From contig OY970223.1 in the NCBI GenBank assembly GCA_963714015.1, forward strand, positions 2,080,001 to 2,144,000: a stretch of DNA of 64,000 bases, given 5' to 3'. A program made the position numbers and the translations under genes. This stretch comes from Vulcanimicrobiota bacterium (lineage in GTDB: Bacteria; Vulcanimicrobiota; Vulcanimicrobiia; Vulcanimicrobiales; Vulcanimicrobiaceae). Shown one piece after another: positions 1 through 8,974 of this stretch. Below the pieces are notes generated by a model that ran no database searches, was not told the origin of the DNA, and was given only the letters and a program-made list of their open reading frames with translations. Numbering within the stretch: position 1 is the stretch's first letter; every line of letters begins with the position of its first letter.

Positions 1-384
1 TGTCCAGTTTCGGCCTTCTGGCCCGTCCTCTACGCGCTTTAGAAAGTCGGCGTTGCCCACCCAATCGCCGTACATCAGGGCCGCCTGGTAAATGTATTCC
101 TTCCCTGCCTCCATTGCGGCCTTCGTTTCAGACAGCCGACGGAGCAGCGGCCAAGAGCCATCAATGCAGTACACGTCATGGCTTGACTGAAGATCCGTCA
201 AGTACGCCTGTTCGTGCTCGCTTCCGAGCCGGCGCAATATTTGTGACTGCCCTTCTTCGGGTTTGGCCTTACCCCCAGGTCCTTCTGGCAAATGAAGTAA
301 GTCGAGCGTGGTCAAATGGGGACATAGCAGAAAGTTGTTTAGATCGGTCGCCGAGTATACTGTGCGTCCTTCCAAAATCTGCAT
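1..384 (-). CDS. TM0106-family RecB-like nuclease, N-terminal part (continues off the left edge)
   Basis: Own translation from ATG 384: MQILEGRTVYSATDLNNFLLCPHLTTLD...RLGSEHEQAYL...AMEAGKEYIYQAALMYGDWVGNADFLKRV, the typical N-terminus of this family. Absent from the ORF track because it has no stop in the window. Confidence 0.85.
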   Translation of the reverse strand, partial: MQILEGRTVYSATDLNNFLLCPHLTTLDLLHLPEGPGGKAKPEEGQSQILRRLGSEHEQAYLTDLQSSHDVYCIDGSWPLLRRLSETKAAMEAGKEYIYQAALMYGDWVGNADFLKRVEDGPEGRNWT

Positions 385-391
385 GGAGGCG

Positions 392-733
392 CTATCCCAT
401 CCGCGGATTCTTCGAGCGGGCGTTCCACGAACTCGCTTGGGTCCCGAGCACTTTTGTGTCGGCGACAGGGTGCATGTTGGTTTCGCGGTCCCGTGCGCAA
501 GCGGCCAACGGAATGTTGCATTGCCAGATGCGCATAGGTAGCGCACTGCAGGTAGGGTCACCGAGGTGCAAGGCGGCTTCCAGGCGCATGAGTTGCGTGC
601 CTTCGACGTCGGGTTTGGCCTTGCGTGGATTCTTGAACGACCGCAACGACTTGAGTTGCGGTAAGCTCCCGAATTCAACGTAATTGTTCAAATCCGCGGC
701 GGTGTAAATCCACTGCCTGTCAGTAAGCTGCAT
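392..733 (-). pseudogene. Internally deleted paralogous fragment of the TM0106-family nuclease
   Basis: ATG 733 with GAGGAG RBS; MQLTDRQWIYTAADLNNYV...KAKPDVEGTQLMRL-EAALHLGD...VADTK aligns piecewise to the adjacent gene. Confidence 0.65.
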
Positions 734-899
734 ACGCTCCTCGCCGCGCCTTGCTGGCTCTCGCCCGTTATCCTTCGCCACAAACCGATTTTGCACTACA
801 GCCTGTGTCAGACGTATGACAAGCGAGTTCCAGCGGCCGGAGGATGAGCCCGGCACGGCAAGGGTTAGGAATCTTGCGGCCGCTACGGGTCGCCTATAC

Positions 900-1200
900 T
901 CCGGTGTCGTGCGGCATAAGCTTTTTGCAGCCTCCCGAATCCACCGGGTAAGCCTCCCCTCCCAATCGCGCAGGGTCCCACTAGCGTCTGCGCCGCGGGG
1001 TCAACGCCATGAGCAGCGCACACTTCACCACCTGCTCGTGGTCGTAGGCTCTCGTGCACCCTTCTACGTTCTGCCTTTGCCGGCGAAATTCAAGAAACGC
1101 GTCGAGTTCCGTTAGCACGGTGCACCAGCCCTCAAGTCCACGAACCGAATCGTACTGCACCACCCGGATGTAGGCTGACGACGCTGGTGGTATTGCCCGC
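900..1200 (-). pseudogene. Decayed C-terminal fragment of an SF1 (UvrD-like) helicase
   Basis: YIRVVQYDSVRGLEGWCTVLTELDAF resembles motif V; LLMALT/R..QTLV resembles motif VI; frames are broken. Confidence 0.5.
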
Positions 1201-1471
1201 GTCGGCGATTGGGAATACGCGCCGGCATCGCGCTCTCAGCGCGGCCCGTCGTTTCCAAAAGCAGGTTCGGAAAGCGAAACCATGAGTTCTGGCTCGCACA
1301 GCAGCGCTGCATCGCTGTGTAGGAACCGTATCCAACCCACGGTCGCACCAGACGTGGAGAAGGCTATCGTGAGCGCCCAATGTTCGTAAGCTTAGACTAT
1401 AGCCTAGATCGTACGATTGCGCTCTGTACGTACTGCTGTGGGACGGCACTCTGCGCGCCGCCTTAGGACTT

Positions 1472-1501
1472 TTGACAATTACGGCGCCCTCGCGGTAGAA
1501 T
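1472..1501 (+). promoter_or_regulatory. sigma70-type promoter
   Basis: TTGACA (1472-1477), 18 nt, TAGAAT (1496-1501). Confidence 0.6.
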
Positions 1502-1779
1502 CAAACTCGGCCGGCTGACATTCGTGACTCTAGAAACGGCGAATCCGGCGGTGAGCTTGCCCAGTTTGCTCCGCCGGTCCGCCAAATCGCTGGAAACTAA
1601 GAAGCCTACGCGTTCCTTAACCCGTTACGAACGGCAGCGCTTGTTGCTGGCTACTCAGACTTTGAATCGTAACCCAAAAGATTCCCGGCGGTCATTTGTT
1701 GTTCAAAAAACATCAGCTCTAATGTTGAACGATCGGTAACGTCAGTTATTATTTCCCACAATCTTTTATTTGGAGGACC

Positions 1780-2613
1780 ATGAAGCAGATAACCCCAAAA
1801 CATCTCAAGTTAATCACAAATATTTGCGATTTGCGTAGGTCAGGTTTCAGGGTCGCGCAAATCGCCGAAAAAACTGGCAAAACGCGGCAAACTGTCTATA
1901 ACGCATTGAAGAACGGTGAACGCCTTGGCATAATTGACCATGCGTCTTATTGTCGCGAAAAACCGACAGCGAGCGCAATCTACCGCGAGTTGGCTCGTCA
2001 ACCTTCTCTCGTAGAGGTTGCTCAAGCCCTAAGAATGAGTCCCGGTCGGCTGCAGTATTACATACGCTCGCAATCAATCGATACTGATGTATCGGCGCCG
2101 GTTCGTAGGGCACTTAGAATCGACAGACAGAAACACCGGCTTCGTCAGTGGTATCTCGAACTACACAGCGAATTGCACGACCATCCAAGCACGACGGAAA
2201 TGCAGAGCGCAGATGGAGGGCGTGCTAAATATGCCTCCATAATCCGCATCTGGGGTTCGATTGAAGCATTCCGAACGGAATTACGAGTACGCCGAAAATT
2301 TAAGGTTAACCCCGTTTGGCTACACCGAACCAATAAAGAACGCTCAACTCTCCATGCCTCCAGGCGTAATGATGCAAAACGGCGGATGCTTGCATTATTA
2401 CAGGTCGATAGGGAAACTACAATGGCCGAGATACTAAGCGTTTCTGGCTTCAAAGACCTGACGGCGCGCGCGCTTCTCAAAGAGCTTGTGGATGATGGCA
2501 TTGTGGTTGTATTCGCCGGCAGGCCTAAGACGGTTCGCGTTAAGATGCACGTTGCTGCCTCGGATACCTCTACCGTATTCGAACCCCCACTTGGCGTAAC
2601 AGGTGTAAGATAG
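1780..2613 (+). CDS. Multi-HTH DNA-binding protein with a central homing-endonuclease-associated-repeat-like segment
   Basis: GGAGG RBS; HTH AQIAEKTGKTRQTVYNAL; second HTH LVEVAQALRMSPGRLQYY; ELHDHPSTTEM...YASIIRIWGSIEAF; C-terminal wHTH TMAEILSVSG...LKELVDDGIV. Confidence 0.7.
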   Translation: MKQITPKHLKLITNICDLRRSGFRVAQIAEKTGKTRQTVYNALKNGERLGIIDHASYCREKPTASAIYRELARQPSLVEVAQALRMSPGRLQYYIRSQSIDTDVSAPVRRALRIDRQKHRLRQWYLELHSELHDHPSTTEMQSADGGRAKYASIIRIWGSIEAFRTELRVRRKFKVNPVWLHRTNKERSTLHASRRNDAKRRMLALLQVDRETTMAEILSVSGFKDLTARALLKELVDDGIVVVFAGRPKTVRVKMHVAASDTSTVFEPPLGVTGVR

Positions 2614-2829
2614 GAACCGCATCGCCGCCTGGGCACGCACGTCAGTCCGTAATTTTACAGCCGCCGCCCGCTTGCGCCACCATGACCGGACTCCACGCGA
2701 AAGTACTTCACCCCGCGCGCTCCACCCAGCGAACCTGGCGTCCTACGAGGACATTGAAAACTTAGCATCTACATGCGACGGGCGCATGTAGAGCCGTGCC
2801 CGAGTTGAGGTCTACGGTCCCGCCGGCCC

Positions 2830-3402
2830 TTGCATCTAGTCTGGCTCGCCGTTAGCAGCTCGCCACGCAGCTGGCGCCCTGGCAGCAGGCTGAAAAGTGT
2901 GCCGCAAAGATGTAAGCGCCGGGGGTTCGACCCCGATCGCTGCGCCCGATTCTTCGAAGGGCGCGAGTACGAGGTAGACGACAAGCGATCCGAGTCATGG
3001 GTTTCCATACTCGCAAAGGTGGAAGACGAGTACTTTCACGTGCTTAGGGACGACGAAGACCCGCAATTTATGAACGTGCGGCTGCGATACACGCTCGGGA
3101 CCCTCCGGCGTTGGAAGAAGCGACGTCATAAAGCTGGCGAATCATGTAAACAGAGCTGGAAAATCGACAAGGCGATCGTTAATTTCTCAGATGAGGGGGC
3201 CATATGTGTTTTTCAATTCGAGTTTCTTGTGTTTGAGCACGAGGCATTCGAGAAAGCATTCGATCCCGTCCGCGAACACCTCAGCGGCGTGGCCAAAGAA
3301 TTTTTCAACCTCAAGTTGCGAAGTGCCAACCCTACGACATGGTCTGGGCCTATAATGTACCCATGGAACAGAACGATGCGCTCCGCAACCGCCGCGCCTT
3401 GA
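2830..3402 (+). CDS. YbjN/T3SS-chaperone-fold-like hypothetical protein (start uncertain, possible compensated frameshift)
   Basis: FFEGREYEVDD...YFHVLRDDEDPQF...WKIDKA...FEKAFD; alternate frame at ~3105-3150 reads SDVIKLANHVN, which fits the fold better. Confidence 0.45.
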   Translation: MHLVWLAVSSSPRSWRPGSRLKSVPQRCKRRGFDPDRCARFFEGREYEVDDKRSESWVSILAKVEDEYFHVLRDDEDPQFMNVRLRYTLGTLRRWKKRRHKAGESCKQSWKIDKAIVNFSDEGAICVFQFEFLVFEHEAFEKAFDPVREHLSGVAKEFFNLKLRSANPTTWSGPIMYPWNRTMRSATAAP

Positions 3403-3842
3403 AGGCGCTCCTCGACGCTAACGGTTACCGTTCCCATCGCATTAGCGATTCCGGCTACGAGATACCTTTCGCGGGAAAGTTCCGGGACTGGCATATCCGT
3501 GCGAGAATTCACAACGGCTGGCTTTTGCTCAACACCTATTTCATGGAGGTTCCGGAAAAAGGCCCGCAGCGTAGTGCGTTGCTTGAACGTATGCTCGAAA
3601 TGAACGACGTCATGAATGTTGCGAAGTTCAGCAAGTCAAAGGAAGTACTCAGCCTGGACTTAGAGTATCGCGAAGAACATGCCGATGCTGCGGCGTTTAA
3701 CGGGCTTGTATCGCTAATGCACTCTCTGTGCGAGGAGTACTATCCGCAGTTGTTTCGGATTGCGTCAGGCGACAGCGCGATGGAGTCCTTGCAACAAGCA
3801 TTTCAAAGGCCAGCGCTCTCGACGCAATCCGACATCGGTTAA
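3363..3842 (+). CDS. YbjN-domain / CesT-like chaperone-fold protein
   Basis: ALLERMLEMNDVMNVAKFS...LSLDLEY pattern; TATAAT ends 6 nt before the ATG. Confidence 0.7.
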   Translation: MEQNDALRNRRALKALLDANGYRSHRISDSGYEIPFAGKFRDWHIRARIHNGWLLLNTYFMEVPEKGPQRSALLERMLEMNDVMNVAKFSKSKEVLSLDLEYREEHADAAAFNGLVSLMHSLCEEYYPQLFRIASGDSAMESLQQAFQRPALSTQSDIG

Positions 3843-3985
3843 CGCTCGTGTTCGGCGCACATCTGCTCCGCCAGTTTCCCCGTACTCCACTGCCGCGGCG
3901 GGTACACGATTCTGGCGTCCGCTCCGAAGCCGAACGTCCAACGAACGACCTCACCGACATCGCTCACGGTGAACGCCATCTTCGC
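3839..3985 (-). pseudogene. 3'-end remnant of a WYL-family regulator (WCX domain)
   Basis: AKMAFTVSDVGEVVRWTFGFGADARIVYPP vs ATMTFIVGDVGEVVRWALGFGIDAKVVAPA in the WYL gene at 15140-16111 (19/30 identical by hand). Confidence 0.8.
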
Positions 3986-3998
3986 CTTATTGGCCGTC

Positions 3999-4025
3999 GT
4001 ATCGTATACCGATACATGATATAAT
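3999..4025 (+). promoter_or_regulatory. higBA promoter with palindromic candidate HigA operator
   Basis: GTATCG-N5-CGATAC (3999-4015) next to extended -10 TGaTATAAT (4017-4025). Confidence 0.65.
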
Positions 4026-4031
4026 TTTTGC

Positions 4032-4334
4032 TTGGGAGAACGGTTTGGGGATGAGGAAACATGGTTGATCGCAGAGGGGGAGGCAACGAAAGCCACTCGG
4101 CGGGTACTCCCGCAAAATCTCCACGAGGTTGCTCAGACGCGGATTGGCTTTGTGCTACAGATTCGAGCGCCACAAGACTGGCGTCGTTTATCCGGGATTC
4201 AAAATGCTGCGGGGACACCTGCGCGGCCGTACCAATTCCGTATCGGCGGCGCGTATCGCGTTCGGTTCCAGTGGCAAAACGGCCGGGCCGCGAACGTCGT
4301 GGTTGGCGACTTTCACGATGAGGACGGAGGATGA
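4032..4334 (+). CDS. higB: HigB/RelE-family toxin (divergent)
   Basis: FGDEETWLI...YQFRIGGAYRVRFQWQNGRAANVVVGDFH; ATGA overlap with the downstream antitoxin. Confidence 0.75.
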   Translation: MGERFGDEETWLIAEGEATKATRRVLPQNLHEVAQTRIGFVLQIRAPQDWRRLSGIQNAAGTPARPYQFRIGGAYRVRFQWQNGRAANVVVGDFHDEDGG

Positions 4335-4657
4335 AAACTATCGCTGAAGTGACTGAAACGCTGCCGCGCAAGCGACGGCCTACACACCCGGGGACTGCAC
4401 TACGCGATATTATCGAGGAGCACGGCCTCACACAGCAGGACTTCGCCGATCGACTCGGCATCGCGCGGCACCGGTTGAACGAGATCCTGAACGGCAAGCG
4501 TAGCGTAACGCCGGACACGGCACTGCGCCTCGGGCGCGTACTCGGGACGAGTCCGGACGTATGGCTGAATATGCAGCTCGCGTGCGATGTCTGGGACGCA
4601 ATGCATGCGCCCACCGCCAAGCAGATCGCGCGCCTGAAGCCGCTCGCCATAACGTGA
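4331..4657 (+). CDS. higA: HigA (VapI) antitoxin
   Basis: PTHPGTALRDIIEEHGLTQQDFADRLGIARHRLNEILNGKRSVTPDTALRL...WLNMQ. Confidence 0.92.
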   Translation: MKTIAEVTETLPRKRRPTHPGTALRDIIEEHGLTQQDFADRLGIARHRLNEILNGKRSVTPDTALRLGRVLGTSPDVWLNMQLACDVWDAMHAPTAKQIARLKPLAIT

Positions 4658-4898
4658 AGGATTACCGGCTACAACGCCCCAGGCCCCATTGCCATCCTAA
4701 ATGCAATCTAGGGCACTCGGACTGGGTACTCACTGAACGGCCGTTGAATCGAATGGGAATTGCGGAGTGGAAGCGCTGCGCTGCCAAAATGCTTTCCGAT
4801 CTGAAGCGATTCGTTGCCCTCCGCGACGACGCCCTGTTCGTTGCGGGGAACCGTTAACAATGGCTAACGGAACTTATGCGGTTTAACTGGTCCTACGG

Positions 4899-5649
4899 AT
4901 GATCGGAAAGAAACAGCCCCCCTCCGGCACGTTCGACTGGGATCGTCGCGACTATTTACGGGATAATCAGTGCTGGACAAGTGGCGACATCCTTGCCGAG
5001 GATCGCGTGCTTGCAGCATGGGGTAAGTACCGCATCGTGTACGGTCCATTCGACGTACCGCCCACGCCGAAAGCGAGGATCATTCTTTTAGGGCTGACGC
5101 CCGGCTTCGCGCAGTTAAAACTGGCAAATGAGGTGGCTCGCGATGCGACGGCGACAGGCACGGTTGACTGGTCGGACATCGGCAGCAGAATAAGAGAGCG
5201 GGCGGCCTTCGCTGGGCCGATGCGAGTAAATTTGGTTGCCATGTTGGATAAGCTCGATGTTCATCGAGAGCTAGGCCTGAATACATGCGACGAGCTTTTT
5301 TTGCCTGACGTGCAGATTGCCAGGACGACCTCGGCGCTGCGATATCCCGTCTTCATAAATGGGGACTCCAACTACCACGGTGATCGCGCCATCACTACGG
5401 CTCGGCCCTTCAAAGAGATGCTCGATCGAATCCTCGCTCCTCAGACTTGCCGCAATGCCGGATGAGATGATCGTGCCGTTTGGCCCCTGCGTGGAGTCGA
5501 CCTTGGAGTACCTTCGGGCGAGCGGGCACATCAGCGAACAGCGCGTGCTGCGTGGATTTCCGCACCCTTCCCGAGCAAACGGCCATCGCGCAAAGACGTT
5601 CGAGCGCAATTTCGCCCGTATGCGAGAGGTCGTCGCGTCATGGCGCTAG
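4899..5649 (+). CDS. Uracil-DNA glycosylase superfamily protein (frameshift at ~5445)
   Basis: ARIILLGLTPG motif A, AFAGPMRVNL, TTSALRYPVF and C-terminal FPHPS motif B across two ORFs; removing A5445 restores LAPQLAAMP. Confidence 0.75.
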
Positions 5650-6088
5650 CGGCGCCTATCGCACGGGGAGCGTCGGAAAAGGATGGAGATTCACTTCTCG
5701 CCGACCTTATGCCGTACCCATGCCATGACCGTCAGTCCTGGCCGTATGACGGCATTTGCGCATATTCGACCCGAGCAATATACGAAGCGGCGATGCGTCC
5801 CAGCGGATTGCGGTCCTACGCGACAAGGTTGCGACGCGCCAATGCAGACTTGTTGTATGCAGCGGCAAAGCGACTGGACAATTTTCGAGCAGACTCTTCC
5901 CGTCGGTGTTTTTGCCGAATCCGTCCGCCCTTCAAGGTTGCGAGTCAGGATGAAGAAGAATGGTGCTTTCGCCGCATTTTAGCGGGCGTTACTTTAACAC
6001 GGAGCAGCAACTGAACGCTTTCGCGCGAGACGGCCTTAAGCGAAGTCAGTACGTAAGTTCTCAAAAGCCGAACCAGAGGGCGGCCGAA

Positions 6089-6853
6089 ATGGCAAACACG
6101 AACTATTATAAGACCCACGTCGAACCGTACGTTCGAGCCGAGTTGGAACGCCGGCACGGCGTCCGATTCGAGTCCAAAATATTAAGGCTCACGACGGGAG
6201 GAACGCACGAGTTCGACGCCGTTGCATTGGATGGCTCCATAGTGGCCAGCATTAAGTCGCTTTCTGGAAAGACCGCATCAGGAAAGCGACCGGCGGCGAA
6301 ATATTCGACCTGTCTCGCTGAACTGTACTTTCTCTCGCTCGTGGAATCACCGCGCCGCATCCTTGTCCTCACCACGCCGGACTGGCACACGATGTTTACG
6401 AAATACATCGAAAACCGCCTAGCCCCTGGGCTTGAAATAGAACTCATTCATCTTCCGTCGGAGATCCAACAAGAAGTCGACCGCGTGAAGGGGTTAGCCA
6501 GTAATGAGGTCTCCCTTTCATCCGTTGTCGCAGTTGCTGAAGCGATTCCGAAACCGAGGCCTCCAAGACTGTTGAAATCAGCGCGCGTCGTATCTGCCGG
6601 CCCGGCGAACGGCTGTCGCGATGAGATACTGAAGGCTGCCGCCCACCTTGGTTCGTTGGGGCAAACAGATTTCACGCCGGATGAGATAATCCGCACTCTA
6701 CGCGACCGCGGCACAAGGTACGCGGAGTCTACCATCCGCACGCACGTCGTTTCCGTCATGTGCAAAAACGCGCCCCAAAACCATTTGACTGCGTACGCGG
6801 ATCTCGAGCGGGTTGGCCACGGACGCTATAGGCTGCTTGGACACGTCGAGTAG
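6089..6853 (+). CDS. PD-(D/E)XK-fold nuclease-like domain plus C-terminal winged HTH
   Basis: GTHEFDAVALDGSIVASIK; C-terminal CRDEILKAA...FTPDEIIRTL...YAESTIRTHV...ERVGHGRYRL. Confidence 0.65.
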   Translation: MANTNYYKTHVEPYVRAELERRHGVRFESKILRLTTGGTHEFDAVALDGSIVASIKSLSGKTASGKRPAAKYSTCLAELYFLSLVESPRRILVLTTPDWHTMFTKYIENRLAPGLEIELIHLPSEIQQEVDRVKGLASNEVSLSSVVAVAEAIPKPRPPRLLKSARVVSAGPANGCRDEILKAAAHLGSLGQTDFTPDEIIRTLRDRGTRYAESTIRTHVVSVMCKNAPQNHLTAYADLERVGHGRYRLLGHVE

Positions 6854-7028
6854 GCTAACATCTGCGACCTAAGTCGCGGCCCGTGTGCTCTCTTCATATA
6901 CACGCGGTTGCCGGCGTTCGTACCGCCCGCTGCTCTCTCGAAAAGTTAACAAACCGTCCCAGGCTGCTCACCCCGGCCGGAGCGAATAAGCGCCGCAACA
7001 AAATCACCATTGCATCAACGGAGTGGGC

Positions 7029-8867
7029 ATGGCAATCACGGCACCGCCGGCGTCTTTAGACGACGCCGTTCTTTCGCATTATCGTCTCGTCGCGCCGGTC
7101 ATGGAGGCCAATTTCGGGAATATCCCGATCGTCTGGACGACGTACTCAAGACGCGATCCACACGCCGTGGCCACGTGGCACCAGCAGTGCTTCGGCCATT
7201 ACTCGCACCTGAGCGCCGAGCATTTGCAACACCTCGTCAGCATCGGGGCGCAGGAGTTCTTCTCATGGTTTCCGATAGCGGAAGATCCCGAGCGATGCCG
7301 CTTTCTGCGGTTCTTGCTCGAAGCGCCGAATGTGCCTAAATCAATGCTCGTCGAGGCCGCGCACGCGCTGCGTCAGGAATTGCTAAGCGACGGTCGAGAG
7401 TCACTTCCGCTGCTTGCGTCCGGCGACGGTATTACGCTGTGGGTTCCTGTTGCCGATGGGCCGGACTACACACAAGCGCGCACGTATTGCCATTTGATCG
7501 CCGCGCGCCTCATCGCAAAGCATCCCAACCTGGTTTCGCTAGCGCCGAATACGCATGTCGACGGGTGCGTGCACCTGCACGTTTCCTCGAACGCGGTGGG
7601 CCGCTGCAGCATCATGCCGTATAGCATCCATCACCAAGGGCGCCACGTTGCCATGCCGCTCGAATGGGACGAAGTCTCCGAGCAAAACCTGCATACTCCA
7701 TCGATTGAGAACTTTGCAGCTCGCTTCGCCGAGCGCGGCGATCTCTTCGGTGCACAGGTCGCCGCCATAAAAGCATTGCCGCTGCCGGCGGAACCGAAGG
7801 AATCGTCAATAATGGCGGCCGGCGCCGGCTCCTCTCGTAACGCGAAAGGTGATGACATTCGTGCAGTTATCGCCGTGCTCTCTGATGGAGTTCCTAGGAC
7901 AATTCAGGAGCTCCAAAAAGAGATCGCCGCGCGCAAACTCATTAAGGCTCCGAGCCTCAACAGTCTGGCCGCGGCGCTAATCTCGTTCATTGAGCGGCTT
8001 GAGAGCAAGGGCCGCAAGCCGCCGATCATTCAGGACTTCGATAAACGCTATCGCCTGAATCAACCGCCCGACAATTGGCCGCTCCAGCCATGGACTGAGC
8101 CGACCCTGTCCGACGAAATGCAGAAGGTCGTCGATCGGTTGCGCGCGACGTCTAAGGGCGACCAGCCCACAGCCTTCGAGCAGGCGGTTTGCGACGCGCT
8201 GGCCGCGCTTAATTTCTCGGCCGTACATGTTGGCGGTAAGAAAGCGCCGGACGGATACATTGATGCTCCCCTCGGCACACTCGGTTACCGCGTAATGATT
8301 GAGTGCAAGTCTGGGGACGCTGACCATCCGAACATCTGGGAGGCGGCGAAGTTTAAGGACCAGTATGGCGCTCAATACTGCATGCTGGTCGCACCCTTTG
8401 TCGGGGACGAACGCTTCATTCGCGAGGAAAGCCAGACGCATGGGGTGAGCACTTGGAGTCTCGGCGATCTCATAACGGCGCTGACGTATGAGTTCACGCC
8501 GCTCGAGCTCGAGGCTTGCTTTGCTCCCGGTGTGGCAGCCTATGACGTTCTCACCGATCTGAAGTGGTCGCGCCGGCATGGGCAGGTTAAAGATCTAAAA
8601 ATTATGGCACAGATTATTCAATCCTCCGGCTGGGTGACGCAGCGTGCCGCGCTGGAAGCGGGAAGTTCCAAGGATGCCCCGCTGCTAACAGAAGATGCGG
8701 CTATGCTGCTCGTTGATCAATATCTCGCGGCGCAAAATTGCAAAGCGTCGTGCACCCGCGAACAGGTACGCCTGGCGTTCGAATATCTGACCAATCCGCT
8801 CGTCGGCGTCGCAGTTTGGACGGATGCGACGAAGACGGCGATCGTGGTCGTTTCGCCGCCGCAATAG
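7029..8867 (+). CDS. Fusion: degenerate LigD-type primase-polymerase domain, wHTH and Mrr-like restriction endonuclease
   Basis: PolDom-like YRLVAPVM, NAVGRCSIMPYS, VAMPLEWDEV, RGDLF; endonuclease motifs AFEQ...PDG...IECK. Confidence 0.8.
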   Translation: MAITAPPASLDDAVLSHYRLVAPVMEANFGNIPIVWTTYSRRDPHAVATWHQQCFGHYSHLSAEHLQHLVSIGAQEFFSWFPIAEDPERCRFLRFLLEAPNVPKSMLVEAAHALRQELLSDGRESLPLLASGDGITLWVPVADGPDYTQARTYCHLIAARLIAKHPNLVSLAPNTHVDGCVHLHVSSNAVGRCSIMPYSIHHQGRHVAMPLEWDEVSEQNLHTPSIENFAARFAERGDLFGAQVAAIKALPLPAEPKESSIMAAGAGSSRNAKGDDIRAVIAVLSDGVPRTIQELQKEIAARKLIKAPSLNSLAAALISFIERLESKGRKPPIIQDFDKRYRLNQPPDNWPLQPWTEPTLSDEMQKVVDRLRATSKGDQPTAFEQAVCDALAALNFSAVHVGGKKAPDGYIDAPLGTLGYRVMIECKSGDADHPNIWEAAKFKDQYGAQYCMLVAPFVGDERFIREESQTHGVSTWSLGDLITALTYEFTPLELEACFAPGVAAYDVLTDLKWSRRHGQVKDLKIMAQIIQSSGWVTQRAALEAGSSKDAPLLTEDAAMLLVDQYLAAQNCKASCTREQVRLAFEYLTNPLVGVAVWTDATKTAIVVVSPPQ

Positions 8868-8974
8868 GTTTGGAGCACTAGCCGAATCTCAGGTCCGGTT
8901 TGTTTCGGGCAAGGCAAGGACGGTAAGGCGCAAAACCGTCTTGCCGCAGCTCGTCCATCGCGGGAACGAGCAGT

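Noticed and set aside
2915..2936. GGGGTTCGACCCC resembling a tRNA T-arm/att site
   Set aside because: No acceptor, D or anticodon arms or CCA; lies within an ORF.
5650..6088. Overlapping short ORFs between the glycosylase and the nuclease
   Set aside because: No recognisable motif or convincing start signals; could be an unidentified remnant.
7029..7800. Functional NHEJ LigD
   Set aside because: Metal-binding residues are substituted; no ligase or phosphoesterase domain and no ku nearby.
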